Positions 1 through 12,417 of a DNA stretch of 64,000 nucleotides are shown here, one piece after another. Both the position numbers and the translations under genes were made by a program. Under the pieces are notes generated by a model. That model had not been told where the DNA came from. It made no database searches and worked only from the letters and a program-made list of their open reading frames with translations. Source of the stretch: a virus (lineage: Duplodnaviria > Caudoviricetes). The stretch lies in IMG/VR virus record IMGVR_UViG_2786546892_000007, one strand, 5' to 3'. Each line of letters begins with the position of its first letter. The stretch's first letter is position 1.

Positions 1-21
1 CCAGTCAGTTGGTCGCATGAC

Positions 22-204
22 TTACCTCCCTGTTTCATGGTTTTCTTTCAACTCCCACCGCGGCGGGAATTGCCACTCGATCCCACGGATCTCTCGGCGT
101 ACGCCCGGCACGCACACGAACAGCCCGAGTCCGTCAACCGGCCAGCGGGTGCCAAGCAGCCCCTCATGGGCAAGCGGCAACAGAAAGGTGCGCGGCGGGG
201 TCAC
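22..204 (-). CDS. Small hypothetical phage early protein
   Basis: GTGA overlap with upstream 201-434 gene. Confidence 0.45.
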   Translation of the reverse strand: MTPPRTFLLPLAHEGLLGTRWPVDGLGLFVCVPGVRREIRGIEWQFPPRWELKENHETGR

Positions 205-434
205 GGGCGGCCCTCAACGTGCGCCATGAACACCGTTCTCTTCCCGTGATCGATGCGGCTTAGGCAGGTCCACTTGCCACTCGTACATCCGGGAATGCCC
301 CGAACTAACCGGTACAGGTGAACCGGTTGCCCGTACTCGGCCGGCGGGAACGCACTGACGGCCAAACCGACCAGGGCCATCATGAACAGGGAGGACATCC
401 ACCCGTGCATTAAGATTCGATCGAAGGTGCTCAT
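201..434 (-). CDS. Small hypothetical membrane protein (MSTFDRIL...)
   Basis: Hydrophobic segment SSLFMMALVGLAVSAF; ATGA-coupled to a 35-aa ORF at 431-538 that has a GGAGG RBS. Confidence 0.5.
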   Translation of the reverse strand: MSTFDRILMHGWMSSLFMMALVGLAVSAFPPAEYGQPVHLYRLVRGIPGCTSGKWTCLSRIDHGKRTVFMAHVEGRP

Positions 435-558
435 AGCCACCCCCGATGAATCGCGGTCAGGAAGAACTCTTCCATCCCGAGAAACGTGACGACAGCGAGG
501 AGATACCACTTGGCCAGGTACGTGAGTGCATTTCGCATGACGGCCTCCAAAGAAGTGA

Positions 559-587
559 TTGACGTGTTTCGTTAGTAATACTATTGT
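559..587 (+). promoter_or_regulatory. Sigma70-like rightward early promoter in divergent control region
   Basis: TTGACG-N17-TATTGT in the AT-rich gap between divergent ORFs. Confidence 0.5.
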
Positions 588-641
588 TAGCACGATACAC
601 AATCACGCGCAACAACTAAGTTTCGCAAAAATGAGACAGTC

Positions 642-863
642 ATGCAGGTTTCTCGCAAGTCCCTGAAAGAATTAAAGAACGAAGCGAAAGAACGCGGGTA
701 CGGCGTGCGGAAGTGGGCCGAGTTGGCAGGTCTGCCCTGGCAAATCGTCTACCGTCGGATCGGCAACGAAGAGGCGCTCCGGATTTCGGAATACGAGCGA
801 CTCGTGTCGGCGATTGAGAAAATGAAAGGGATGGGGGATGAATCTCACAGGCAAGAGGCTTGA
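642..863 (+). CDS. Cro-like HTH regulator
   Basis: 73 aa, VRKWAELAGLPWQIVYR HTH-like pattern, first gene of rightward operon. Confidence 0.65.
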   Translation: MQVSRKSLKELKNEAKERGYGVRKWAELAGLPWQIVYRRIGNEEALRISEYERLVSAIEKMKGMGDESHRQEA

Positions 864-1050
864 CCTGCTGGAGCGGGCCGACGAGTGCGCCCGCATTCTC
901 GGCCACCCGAAACACGAGGCCAGGCGATTCGCCCAGTTGAACCCCGGTGACCGGGGCGTCGCGGTTGCCCTTCAGGAGTACCTGGACGCGCAACTGGCAC
1001 AGATCCGAGCCGAACTCTTCGCTATCACCACGCGCGGACAGACGGAATGA
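838..1050 (+). CDS. Hypothetical phage protein
   Basis: Overlapping operon arrangement. Confidence 0.5.
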   Translation: MNLTGKRLDLLERADECARILGHPKHEARRFAQLNPGDRGVAVALQEYLDAQLAQIRAELFAITTRGQTE

Positions 1051-1379
1051 GAAAACCGCCGAAGTCATCCCCGATCGTCATTCACCTGTCGAAGGGGAAG
1101 AGGGCCACGCCGCAAGCCTCGCAAAAGAAGCGGCACGAGCCGGACCACCGCGGGGGCTGCCAGGAAGGCCCACCCGCCATCCGTAAAGAGGTCGATCCCG
1201 ATAGCCTTCGCAATGCCTGGGCGATCGCGTTCGGCGGTCGCTTGCGAATCGACGACCGGATGGGTTTCCTGCTCGACGGTCGCCCCATCGGCCTTGATGA
1301 CTTAATGCTGGAGACCAATCGCGTCCGAAAGGCGAAGAGGATGCCGCCGGTCGGGAAGAAGCCCGGGTGGCTCCCGTGA
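1047..1379 (+). CDS. Hypothetical phage protein
   Basis: ATGA/GTGA coupling on both sides. Confidence 0.5.
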   Translation: MRKPPKSSPIVIHLSKGKRATPQASQKKRHEPDHRGGCQEGPPAIRKEVDPDSLRNAWAIAFGGRLRIDDRMGFLLDGRPIGLDDLMLETNRVRKAKRMPPVGKKPGWLP

Positions 1380-1816
1380 GGATTTCCGAGAGGGATTTTC
1401 AACGCCTCCTTCCCGGTTTCCAACTCCCGAAACGTGCCCGCAAAACGAAAAACAGCACCACAGAAAATCCCGTTCGGGAAGCGGGCCGGGCGTGGCTGGA
1501 GTATCACGGCTGCGATGTTATCCGAAACAACACCGCCGCAGGTTGGCTGTTCCCCTACGTGAAGGGGAAAGCCACCTTCCACTCGCACGAAGGTCGCTTC
1601 ATCCGGTTCGGGAAGCCCGGAAGTGCCGATTTGTTGGCGATCAGCCCTTCCGGGCGTTGGGTCGAGGCCGAAGCAAAAAGTGAGGACGGGAGCCAGAGCC
1701 CGGAACAGATCGACCGCCAGCAAGAGGTGGAACGCCGGGGTGGAGTGTACGTTCTCTTCCGAAGCGTCGGAGACCTGGAGGCCCGAAAAAGGGAGATCCT
1801 GGCAACGGATTGGTAG
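1376..1816 (+). CDS. VRR-NUC-like PD-(D/E)xK nuclease
   Basis: GKPGSADLLA...EAEAKSEDGSQSPEQ...GGVYVLFRS motifs. Confidence 0.8.
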   Translation: MRISERDFQRLLPGFQLPKRARKTKNSTTENPVREAGRAWLEYHGCDVIRNNTAAGWLFPYVKGKATFHSHEGRFIRFGKPGSADLLAISPSGRWVEAEAKSEDGSQSPEQIDRQQEVERRGGVYVLFRSVGDLEARKREILATDW

Positions 1817-1846
1817 GCCGGGCTCACACCCGGCCCTTTTCCTTTT
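1817..1846 (+). terminator. Intrinsic terminator
   Basis: GGCCGGG-ctcaca-CCCGGCC followed by CTTTTCCTTTT. Confidence 0.7.
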
Positions 1847-1847
1847 G

Positions 1848-1988
1848 CTAACGCCCGGCGAAGATGTCGGCCGCGTTAGCGGCATGCACCAACTTGACGT
1901 GCATCGCGTCTCCAGAAACAAATTCGGCCAGGATGATGGTCACGAAGAATAAACTCGTCAGGCTCCAGGTCAGCATGATATTTTTCAT
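1848..1988 (-). CDS. 46-aa single-TM peptide, antisense to early operon
   Basis: GAGGAG RBS then MKNIMLTWSLTSLFFVTIILAEF. Confidence 0.45.
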   Translation of the reverse strand: MKNIMLTWSLTSLFFVTIILAEFVSGDAMHVKLVHAANAADIFAGR

Positions 1989-2261
1989 AAGCACTCCTCT
2001 ACTCCCGGACGGAATTGCCCGGTAGGGCCAACATACAGCGGCGAAGTTAATGCAAGGTAAGTAATTGATTGACATCGGGTTAACGAGGTCGAATAAATTC
2101 TGTCGCAATGCGAAAGTGCTGGACACCGTATCAATTTTTCATCAAGGTGGCGGGACAGCTTTGTAGAGGAGGCTGCTATGAGAAACACTCCCAAAACCGA
2201 ATGACCTTTTGGTGCAGGCCGGGTGGCCTCTACCGCCCGTGCCTGTGCCGCCAGGGGGATT

Positions 2262-2939
2262 ATGCCCACATATCGCGTCAAGAACTGGGAGAAGTTCCAG
2301 CACTACAAGGACCGCACTCCGCCTTGGATCCGGCTGCACCGGGGACTTCTGGATGATTATGAATTCCATTCGTTGCCGGATGCTAGCAAGGCGCTAGCAC
2401 CATGTCTTTGGCTTCTCGCCAGCGAAAACCCGGACCCCTCACGGGGGGAAATATCCGCATCCGACGACAAAATTGCCTTCCGCCTCCGCATGCCAGTCAA
2501 AAAGTTCCAGGAGTCGATCAAGCCATTAATAGATCATGGTTTCTTTGAGATGGATCACGACGCTAGCAACTTGCTAGCGGAACGGGAGCAAGTTGCTACC
2601 CCAGAGACAGAGACAGAGGCAGATAGAGTTAAAAAGCGACGCGTGCGTGTTGCGTTAGAAGATTTGTCCGTTGACCACATTCAGACTTGGCTTTCGGAAA
2701 AGCGAGCCCAAGGTAAATATCTCGGCCACGACGAACATTTCATCCTCGACTACTTCCGTAATTACTGCATATCGAAAGGGAAAAAATATGAAGACTATCT
2801 CGCAGCTTACCGAAACGCTTTTACATGGGATGCCTGCCAGCCGAAACTTGGCCTCGGCGGAGGGAACAAAGCTGACCGCGGGAAAGCCGCCGTCATGCGT
2901 GCCGCCGTCGCGGGAGGTTTTGCCCCTCAGCAGGAATGA
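2262..2939 (+). CDS. Phage replication initiator / replisome organiser
   Basis: RVKNWEKFQHYKDRTPPWIRLHRGLLDDYEF N-terminus and ETETE linker typical of lambdoid-type initiators. Confidence 0.75.
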   Translation: MPTYRVKNWEKFQHYKDRTPPWIRLHRGLLDDYEFHSLPDASKALAPCLWLLASENPDPSRGEISASDDKIAFRLRMPVKKFQESIKPLIDHGFFEMDHDASNLLAEREQVATPETETEADRVKKRRVRVALEDLSVDHIQTWLSEKRAQGKYLGHDEHFILDYFRNYCISKGKKYEDYLAAYRNAFTWDACQPKLGLGGGNKADRGKAAVMRAAVAGGFAPQQE

Positions 2940-3549
2940 GCGGGGCAAGCAGTTGCTGGCAGCCCGGTTGTACCGCGACTTCCAGGCGATGAAGACCTAC
3001 GGTAAGGAGCCGGAATCGCTGGAAAGCATCATCTCGCTGTTCACGGAGGCGTTGGCCAGTTTCCCACCCGAACAGATCATGCAGGCTCTGACACTTCACG
3101 CCCAACGCAGCGCAGAATTCCCCACTCCGGCCGACATTGTGGGGCTCATTAAGCGAAATGGGAAACCACCTCTCTCGCAAGCGGTCTACATCGCGATTCA
3201 GAAGAAAGCCGGCGAAGACCGCTCACCGGAGGACTGGCAGTATCTGCGCGAATACGAAGCCCAGCAGCGCGAGGAGTTCGAGGGGCCGCGCGACACACGA
3301 CAGGCTGAGGAGATGCGGCAGGAGAATCGGCGACTCCACACCGAACTGACTGAACTTCGCAAGGAATGCAACCGGCTGGCCAAACTCCTGCAGGATGCCA
3401 GAGTCGCGAAAGGAATCGAGCCACCCGTCCTGAAGGACGGAGACAAAGTTCGCGCCACCATCGCGGCCATGCGGGAAGCGGGGGCGCCCGCGGAGGATAT
3501 TGAGCAATTCGCCCGTGAACATGGCGTCTCGGTTGAGGTCGCTGCGTGA
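2920..3549 (+). CDS. Putative helicase loader-like replication protein (start uncertain)
   Basis: Follows initiator; EFPTPADI motif, coiled coil. Confidence 0.55.
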   Translation: MPLSRNERGKQLLAARLYRDFQAMKTYGKEPESLESIISLFTEALASFPPEQIMQALTLHAQRSAEFPTPADIVGLIKRNGKPPLSQAVYIAIQKKAGEDRSPEDWQYLREYEAQQREEFEGPRDTRQAEEMRQENRRLHTELTELRKECNRLAKLLQDARVAKGIEPPVLKDGDKVRATIAAMREAGAPAEDIEQFAREHGVSVEVAA

Positions 3550-3875
3550 GCCAGGGAGCCGAACTTTCCGACCTCCTTGACCGTGCCCGGGCAAAGGGCA
3601 CCGACAAGCAGTTCCGGGAATTTATCCAGCGCCAGCCGTCTTGCATCTCCGGTCGGTTCAGCGAGTTCCTGGAAACCGGGGAAGGTCGGTGCGTCGCGGC
3701 TCACATCCGCCGGGCCGGGGAATCGGGGACTGGGTTTAAAGGCGAATACGCCTGTGTCCCCATGACCCAGAGCGAACATCTCCTCCAACACCAGCACGGC
3801 GAGAGCTATTTCGGCGGTAAAGAATTCTTTGATGCCCAACGGGTCCGCTACCTCGGAATGTGGGTCGATTCGTAA
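3546..3875 (+). CDS. HNH-like nin-region protein (DUF968/DUF1364-like)
   Basis: QPSCISG...AAHIR...GTGFK...ACVPMT..EHLLQH. Confidence 0.65.
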   Translation: MSQGAELSDLLDRARAKGTDKQFREFIQRQPSCISGRFSEFLETGEGRCVAAHIRRAGESGTGFKGEYACVPMTQSEHLLQHQHGESYFGGKEFFDAQRVRYLGMWVDS

Positions 3876-3933
3876 TCGCTACTACCGCTTGCGCTTCCAC
3901 TCTGCCCGCGCTACACTCCGGCAAACGCGGGGG

Positions 3934-4182
3934 ATGCGGATGTCAGAAGAATTAAAGATTGTCCTTCAGCCACATTGGAGAAAACTGGCGGGGATGCGGC
4001 GCATCTTCGTCATGTTTAAAATCGGCGATCAAGGCTGCCTCTCGGAAGTTATATCGAACGCTTATCCGCGCCAATGGTATATCAACCGCAATTGGCATCG
4101 CGGTCTGCTCTCTCCAGTCCAAAGTGGAACCATTGAAAAATCAGCCGTGAACCTCATGCTCGCGGGCTCACCGAATGCTTGA
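3934..4182 (+). CDS. Hypothetical protein
   Basis: ORF filling the gap, overlaps next start. Confidence 0.4.
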   Translation: MRMSEELKIVLQPHWRKLAGMRRIFVMFKIGDQGCLSEVISNAYPRQWYINRNWHRGLLSPVQSGTIEKSAVNLMLAGSPNA

Positions 4183-4564
4183 TGCCGTCGAAGTCTTCGA
4201 ACAGATCGAGCGGGCCACCCGCACCCTCAAGAAGCTTCCCCGCGTCGGCGTCAAATCCCGCTTCTGTAACTGGCCCGAGGTGATCCAGAACTTCATGGAC
4301 GCCTACGGGTACACCGATCCCGTCCCGCCGAAGATCGTTCCCACGGCCCGGCAACTCACGGAAATGGACCAGGTGATACGCTGGCTTGCATGGCTCTCCA
4401 GCTTCGGCGAGGAATATCCCCGAATCGTCTGGTCACGGGCCGCCGGGGCATCATGGCGGGGGATTGCGGGTCGAGTCGGGCTGTCTCCTCCTACCTGCAA
4501 GGAGCGATTCCGGATCGGGGTATGCGCCATCATGTACGCGATCGAAGAGAAAAAGGTTTCATAG
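4175..4564 (+). CDS. DUF6362-like late-gene regulator with C-terminal HTH
   Basis: TLKKLP...WPE...WLAWL...IVWSRAAGASWRGIAGRVG; directly before terS. Confidence 0.65.
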   Translation: MLDAVEVFEQIERATRTLKKLPRVGVKSRFCNWPEVIQNFMDAYGYTDPVPPKIVPTARQLTEMDQVIRWLAWLSSFGEEYPRIVWSRAAGASWRGIAGRVGLSPPTCKERFRIGVCAIMYAIEEKKVS

Positions 4565-4677
4565 AAATCAACGGCATAAAAAATAGTTCAAATACCGTTT
4601 TACATTCATGCAGAAAAATGGCAGGATCGGCAACATAATGGGGCGATTACGCACCCACACCGCACGAAGCGGGTTTT

Positions 4678-5307
4678 ATGGCCTCCGATCACATCACACC
4701 AAAACAAGAAAAATTCTGCCAGAAGTTCATCGAACTCGGGAACGCGAGCGAAGCATACCGCCGGGCGTATGACGCCGAAAACATGAGCCCCGAGGCGATC
4801 CACGAGGAAGCCTACCGGCTCACCATCCACCCTGATGTCGCCCTGAGAATTGAAGGCCTTCAGCAGCTCGCCCGGAAACGACACGAAGTCACGGCCGACC
4901 GCGTAATCGCAGAATACGCCAAACTGGCATTCCTCGACATCCGCAAGGCGTTCGATGAAGACGGCAACTTGAAGCCGATACACGAACTCGATGACGACAC
5001 GGCAGCGGCGATCGCCGGACTGGAAGTGGAAGTCAAACGGCTGGCGGGGAGTGGCTCGGAGGACCTGGAGTCTCAAGCCCACGGTGGTGCTTTGAAGCGG
5101 ACGTATGCGGACCTCTCGACCCGCATCCACAAGATCAAACTCGCGGACAAAAAAGGTGCCCTCGATTCTCTTGCCCGGCACCTTGGCATGTTCACCGACA
5201 AGACCGAACTCTCCGGCCCGAACGGGACGCCGTTACCATCGGCAGTGATCGCCGTGACCCCCGAGGCCGTGAAAGCGATCGTCCAGCAAGTTCGTGACGA
5301 GTTCTGA
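4678..5307 (+). CDS. terS: Terminase small subunit
   Basis: [25 protein letters not shown]; [21 protein letters not shown]. Confidence 0.93.
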   Translation: MASDHITPKQEKFCQKFIELGNASEAYRRAYDAENMSPEAIHEEAYRLTIHPDVALRIEGLQQLARKRHEVTADRVIAEYAKLAFLDIRKAFDEDGNLKPIHELDDDTAAAIAGLEVEVKRLAGSGSEDLESQAHGGALKRTYADLSTRIHKIKLADKKGALDSLARHLGMFTDKTELSGPNGTPLPSAVIAVTPEAVKAIVQQVRDEF

Positions 5308-6832
5308 GCCGAGAGCTACAGAAGACGAGATCCGCCAGGCGGTCATCAAGGCCGAGTGCGAAGAAGACCACCTGTTCTTCACGCGGTACTTCTTCAAGAC
5401 CCGACAGAACCTCAAGTTCATCGTCAATTGGCACCACCACCTGATCGCCGACGCCCTCCAGCGCGTCCTCGACGGGAAGTGCCAGAACTTAATTATTAAC
5501 GTCCCGCCAGGGTCTTCGAAGACCGAGATGGCGGTGATCAATTTCATCGCCCGCGGCCTCGCGCTGAATCCCAACGCCCGGTTCCTTCACATCACCTCCG
5601 GCGACGATCTCGCCCTCCTGAACTCGCAGACGGCACGGGACATCGTCCAGAGCGACGAGTATCAGGAGAACTGGCCGCTTCAGATCGCGGACGATGCCAA
5701 AGCGAAAAAACGCTGGAACGTCATCGTTGACGGCAAGAAGGCCGGCGGCGTCTACGCCGTTTCACTTGGGGGCCAGATTACGGGTTTCCGCGCGGGGCAC
5801 ATGGCCCCCGGATTCCAGGGCGCGATCATTCTCGATGACTTGCTCAAAGCCGACGAGGCCTACAGCCCGGCCGCGATCAAGGCTACGAACCGCCGCCTAC
5901 TCAGCACGGTCAAGTCCCGGAAGGCCAACCCCGCTACCCCGGTCATCCTGATCATGCAGCGGGTGGGGGAGAACGATCCCACCGGATTCATCAAGGGCGG
6001 CAATCTTCCGGGAAATTGGGAGTACGTCACGATCCCGGCCTTGATCGATCACGATTACGTAGCCACGCTGCCGGAAAAGCTCCGTCCCCTCGTGGTGGAC
6101 ACACCGCAAGACGACAAGGGCCGGTTCTCGTACTGGCCGTACAAGGAACCGCTGGACGACATGCTCGCGTTGGAAGCGGGCCAGGGTGCCGACGCGGACG
6201 GCAATACCGTCAGCCGGTTCGTCTTCTCCAGCCAGTACCAGCAGGCACCGCGGGCCATCGGCGGCAACATCATCAAGGGGTTATGGTTCCCCCGAGCGAA
6301 CCCACCAAAGATTCTCTTTCGGAAGATTTACGGCGACACGGCCCAGAAGACGGCCGAGCGGAACGACTACACCGTGTTCGAATGCTGGGGGTACGGCGAG
6401 GATAAGAAGATCCACTTACTCGACCTCCTGCGGGGAAAGTGGGAAGCCCCGGAATTGAAGCGCCAGGCGATCGACTTCTGGAACAAGCACCACGCCGTCA
6501 CCGGCCTTGGAGTCCTGCGGGAACTGGTGGTGGAAGACAAATCGAGCGGCACCGGTCTGATTCAGGAGATCAAGCGCACCGAGCGGATTCCCGTCCGCGG
6601 GATGGAGCGCAACAAAGACAAACTCACCCGGGTCATGGACGCCGTCGGGTTCATTGAGGCGGGATTCGTCGTGTTGCCGGAGAACGCCCCGTTTGTGAGC
6701 GATTTCCTGGTCGAATGCGAAGCGTTCACGGCCGACGACAGCCACGCCCATGACGACCAGATCGACCCGATGTGCGACGCCATCGCCGACATGCTGGCGG
6801 CGAAGCCGAAATCATTCTTTGACGTAACGTAG
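5294..6832 (+). CDS. terL: Terminase large subunit
   Basis: Walker [11 protein letters not shown], Walker B IILDD, IMQR, DTA, VEDKSSG, HDDQID nuclease motifs. Confidence 0.95.
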   Translation: MTSSEPRATEDEIRQAVIKAECEEDHLFFTRYFFKTRQNLKFIVNWHHHLIADALQRVLDGKCQNLIINVPPGSSKTEMAVINFIARGLALNPNARFLHITSGDDLALLNSQTARDIVQSDEYQENWPLQIADDAKAKKRWNVIVDGKKAGGVYAVSLGGQITGFRAGHMAPGFQGAIILDDLLKADEAYSPAAIKATNRRLLSTVKSRKANPATPVILIMQRVGENDPTGFIKGGNLPGNWEYVTIPALIDHDYVATLPEKLRPLVVDTPQDDKGRFSYWPYKEPLDDMLALEAGQGADADGNTVSRFVFSSQYQQAPRAIGGNIIKGLWFPRANPPKILFRKIYGDTAQKTAERNDYTVFECWGYGEDKKIHLLDLLRGKWEAPELKRQAIDFWNKHHAVTGLGVLRELVVEDKSSGTGLIQEIKRTERIPVRGMERNKDKLTRVMDAVGFIEAGFVVLPENAPFVSDFLVECEAFTADDSHAHDDQIDPMCDAIADMLAAKPKSFFDVT

Positions 6833-6839
6833 GATCTTC

Positions 6840-8399
6840 ATGTGGCCTTGGAAGTCGAAAGCACCTTCGGTTCCGTCCGTACTCCCACGTAACAGTTTCT
6901 TTTCCACCGAGGGCACGGTTCCGGCTCGTGACAATACCGTTCAGCGATTCCGGCGGATGCAGGACCAAATGGCCCTCACGTTTCAGCGGTCCGTCGAGGA
7001 TCTGAAACCGGTCGACGAGAACGGCAACTTTATCGCGATGGACAGCGGCGACACCGCCCGGCTCAAAAATGGGGTTGGCCTCGGTGGGTTCATCCCCGAT
7101 ACGCAGTTCACCTGGTACTGCGGGCAGGGATTCATTGGGTATCAGGCCGCCGCCCTGATCAGCCAGAACTGGTTGGTCAAGAAAGCCTGCGCGATGCCGG
7201 CCAAGGACGCGGTCCGCAACGGGTACGAGATCAGCGTCAACGACGGCACCGAGGTTGAAGCTGAGGTACTCGACTACATCCGCGAGCAAGACAAAAAGTT
7301 CGAGGTCCTCCGCAACTGCGTCGAGATGGTCGATCTGGGGCGCGTGTTCGGCATTCGCATCGCGCTCTTCCTGGTCGATTCCAACGATCTGGACTATTAC
7401 ACGAAACCATTCAACCCGGACGGGGTGAAACCGGGGAGCTACAAAGGGATCTCGCAAATCGACCCGTACTGGATCACCCCCGAACTCGGCGGGGAAGCGG
7501 CGGGCAACCCGGCGGCCCCAGACTTTTACGAACCGACGTGGTGGCGGGTCAACGGAAAGCGGGTCCACCGAACTCACCTGGTCATCTTCCGCAACGACAA
7601 CCTGCCGGACATCTTGAAGCCTGCTTATTTGTACGGCGGTATCCCGGTCCCGCAAAAGATCGCGGAGCGGGTGTACGCGGCCGAGCGGACCGCGAACGAG
7701 GCCCCCATGCTGGCCATGACCAAGCGGCTGACCGTTCTCAAATGCGACATCACCCAGGCGGTCGCCAACCCGGAGGCGTTCAACGCCAGAATGACATTGT
7801 GGACGGAGTTGATGAACAACTTCGGGGTGAAGATCATCGGCGAGGCGGACGAGGTCCAGCAGTACGACACGGCGCTGGCCGACCTCGATGCCGCCATCAT
7901 GACGCAATACCAGCTCGTGGCGGCCGCCGCGTCCGTCCCGGCGACCAAACTCCTCGGGACGAGTCCCAAGGGCTTCAACGCGACCGGCGAGTTCGAGGAA
8001 TCGAGTTACCACGAGGAACTGGAAAGCATCCAGCAGCACGACCTCTCACCACTGGTGAACCGTCACCATTTGCTCCTGATCCGTTCGCACGTCGCCCCGA
8101 AGTTCAAGATCGCCGCATTTAATACGGAAGCGGTCTGGAAACCGGTCGATGCCTTAACTGCGGACGAGCAGGCCGAGGTGAACCTGAAGAAGGCCCAGAC
8201 CGACGTTCATCTCGCGGAAGCGGGTGCCGTCGACGGGACCGACATCCGACAGCGATTAATTACCGACCCCGATTCGGGTTACAACGGCATGGACCCGGTT
8301 GTGCCTAACGGCCCCGGAGACCGCGAATTCCAGGCGGAACTGGCAGCCCAGTCGTCGGAGTCGGAAGTCAACCCGGACGAGAATGAAACGGCCGAATAA
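6840..8399 (+). CDS. Portal protein (DUF1073 type)
   Basis: After terL; [39 protein letters not shown]. Confidence 0.9.
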   Translation: MWPWKSKAPSVPSVLPRNSFFSTEGTVPARDNTVQRFRRMQDQMALTFQRSVEDLKPVDENGNFIAMDSGDTARLKNGVGLGGFIPDTQFTWYCGQGFIGYQAAALISQNWLVKKACAMPAKDAVRNGYEISVNDGTEVEAEVLDYIREQDKKFEVLRNCVEMVDLGRVFGIRIALFLVDSNDLDYYTKPFNPDGVKPGSYKGISQIDPYWITPELGGEAAGNPAAPDFYEPTWWRVNGKRVHRTHLVIFRNDNLPDILKPAYLYGGIPVPQKIAERVYAAERTANEAPMLAMTKRLTVLKCDITQAVANPEAFNARMTLWTELMNNFGVKIIGEADEVQQYDTALADLDAAIMTQYQLVAAAASVPATKLLGTSPKGFNATGEFEESSYHEELESIQQHDLSPLVNRHHLLLIRSHVAPKFKIAAFNTEAVWKPVDALTADEQAEVNLKKAQTDVHLAEAGAVDGTDIRQRLITDPDSGYNGMDPVVPNGPGDREFQAELAAQSSESEVNPDENETAE

Positions 8400-9241
8400 T
8401 GGTCCGCAAGCAGCCCTGGTCGAACCGCTCGCAGAAGGGCATCGTCATGGGCAAGCCGCTTAACCCGTCTACCGCGATCGAGCAGCGGTACTACAACGCC
8501 CTGCACGTTCTGATCGCGAGGATGATTGCCGATACGGAGCTGGAACTCAAAAAGCTGTTCAAGACCGAACACGCCGAGGAATACTTCGCCCAGGACGCGA
8601 GCATATCCAGTCAGGCCCGCATCCTGACGAACGCACTGATCAAGAAGTACACCGACCTGTTCGCCTCCCTCTCCCGGCCGATGGCCGAAGAGTTCGCCCG
8701 GGAATCGAACAAGTCCAGCGACATCGCGGTGAAATCGAGCATACGGCATCTGAGCGACGAACTTACGCTCTCGACGAAAACGATCACCTCGGGCCCACTG
8801 AACGACATCCTGACCGCCACCGTGGCGGAGAACGTCGGGCTCATCAAGTCCATCCCGGCCCAGTATCTGAGTGGCGTTCAGGGTGCTGTGATGCGGTCGA
8901 TCACCACAGGCAACGGGATGCAAGACCTGGTGCCGTACCTGCAAAAGCATAAGGACATCACGCTGCGCCGGGCCCGGATGATTGCCCAAGACCAGACCAA
9001 GAAAAACTTTAGTGCGCTCAGCAAGGCCCGGATGGAGAAGATCGGGGTACAAGAATATCGGTGGTTGCATACCAGTGGCTCGCGGCATCCCCGCAAACTG
9101 CACATTCAGATGTCGGGGTCGATTTTCCGCTACGACGACCCACCGGTCATAGATGAGCGTACCGGCGAGCGTGGCATTCCTGGACAAGCCATCAATTGTG
9201 CTTGTAGAATGCAGCCGATCTTAAATTTCAGCGAGGGTTGA
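8399..9241 (+). CDS. Minor head morphogenesis protein (Mu gpF/SPP1 gp7 family)
   Basis: RARMIAQDQT, YRWLH..SRHPRKLH, PGQAINCAC. Confidence 0.9.
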   Translation: MVRKQPWSNRSQKGIVMGKPLNPSTAIEQRYYNALHVLIARMIADTELELKKLFKTEHAEEYFAQDASISSQARILTNALIKKYTDLFASLSRPMAEEFARESNKSSDIAVKSSIRHLSDELTLSTKTITSGPLNDILTATVAENVGLIKSIPAQYLSGVQGAVMRSITTGNGMQDLVPYLQKHKDITLRRARMIAQDQTKKNFSALSKARMEKIGVQEYRWLHTSGSRHPRKLHIQMSGSIFRYDDPPVIDERTGERGIPGQAINCACRMQPILNFSEG

Positions 9242-11382
<2,141 letters not shown>

Positions 11383-11410
11383 CGGTCCAAACCCCCAAGG
11401 AGAACCCATC

Positions 11411-12388
11411 ATGGTTGCATCGTTCCAATCTACCGTTAACATCTGGTCGGCCGCCGGCGTCGTCGGCGAACTGGCCTTCGAAGGCCCCAACCGCGTCGCC
11501 CCGTACAACCTCTTTTCGAGCGGCACGCCGAACCTCGTCGGCAATGCGTTTACCGTCTCCAGCGGCGGCAACCCCGAACCGTCCGGCAACAGCGCCGTCG
11601 CCGGCACCGCCACCGTCGGCGGATCGGGCGTGTTCGGCGGCATCCTGGTCAACCCCAAGGACTACGCCTCCTACGGCACGACCAACGGCCCACTGAACCC
11701 GACCCTCGTACTTCCCGACTACTCGGTCGGTTTCCTCGCCACGATGGGCTACTGGTGGGTGAGCTTGCCCGGGCCCGCGAACGTCGGCGACCTGGTGACC
11801 TACGACCCGCTCACCGGCAACCTGAACAGCATCACCCCGACCACGAGCTTCACCGGCACGATCAGCACGACCACCCTCACGGTGTCCGCCGTGTCCGCCG
11901 GCCAACTCGCCGTCGGCCAGATCATCTCCGGTTCCGGTGTCACCCCGGGCACCCGGATCACGGCCCTGGGAACGGGCACGGGTTACACCGGCACGTACAC
12001 GATCAGCGTCAGCCAGACCGTGAGCTCGGCCACCGCCATGACCGCAGCCAACCAGCCGGCCCCGGCGTTCGCCGCGTCCGCCGCCTACATCACCACCTCG
12101 ACCGGCGTGGACACCTTGCACATCGCCACCCTCACCTCCGGCGAGGTTCTCCTCGGCCAGCAGGTGTTCGGCACCGGCGTGGCACCCAACACGGTCATCA
12201 CCGCGTTCGGCAGTGGCACCGGCGGCACCGGCACCTACACGCTCAACACCAGCGGCCAGACGGTCGCCAGTTCGGGCAGCCCCGAGGCCATGACCGGCCC
12301 GTCCAACCTGTTCGTGCCGAACTGCGTGGTCGACCGGTTCACGACCAACACCACCGGCGGCCTCGCGGTCATCAAGCTGACGAACTAA
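11411..12388 (+). CDS. Head decoration/cement protein with inserted Thr/Gly-rich modules
   Basis: Between scaffold and capsid; [31 protein letters not shown]. Confidence 0.75.
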   Translation: MVASFQSTVNIWSAAGVVGELAFEGPNRVAPYNLFSSGTPNLVGNAFTVSSGGNPEPSGNSAVAGTATVGGSGVFGGILVNPKDYASYGTTNGPLNPTLVLPDYSVGFLATMGYWWVSLPGPANVGDLVTYDPLTGNLNSITPTTSFTGTISTTTLTVSAVSAGQLAVGQIISGSGVTPGTRITALGTGTGYTGTYTISVSQTVSSATAMTAANQPAPAFAASAAYITTSTGVDTLHIATLTSGEVLLGQQVFGTGVAPNTVITAFGSGTGGTGTYTLNTSGQTVASSGSPEAMTGPSNLFVPNCVVDRFTTNTTGGLAVIKLTN

Positions 12389-12417
12389 ATCACATCCAAC
12401 ACATAAGGAGACTCTTC

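Noticed and set aside
6726-8039. Long antisense ORFs here and opposite capsid, tail and IS genes
   Set aside because: Expected shadows of high-GC codon bias; no motifs
6840-8399. Anti-CBASS Acb1 label sometimes attached to DUF1073 proteins
   Set aside because: Position and motifs are those of a portal; no additional phosphoesterase domain evident
11755-12417. 587-aa capsid ORF N-terminal extension
   Set aside because: Off-frame shadow of the decoration gene; the real start with RBS is 12418
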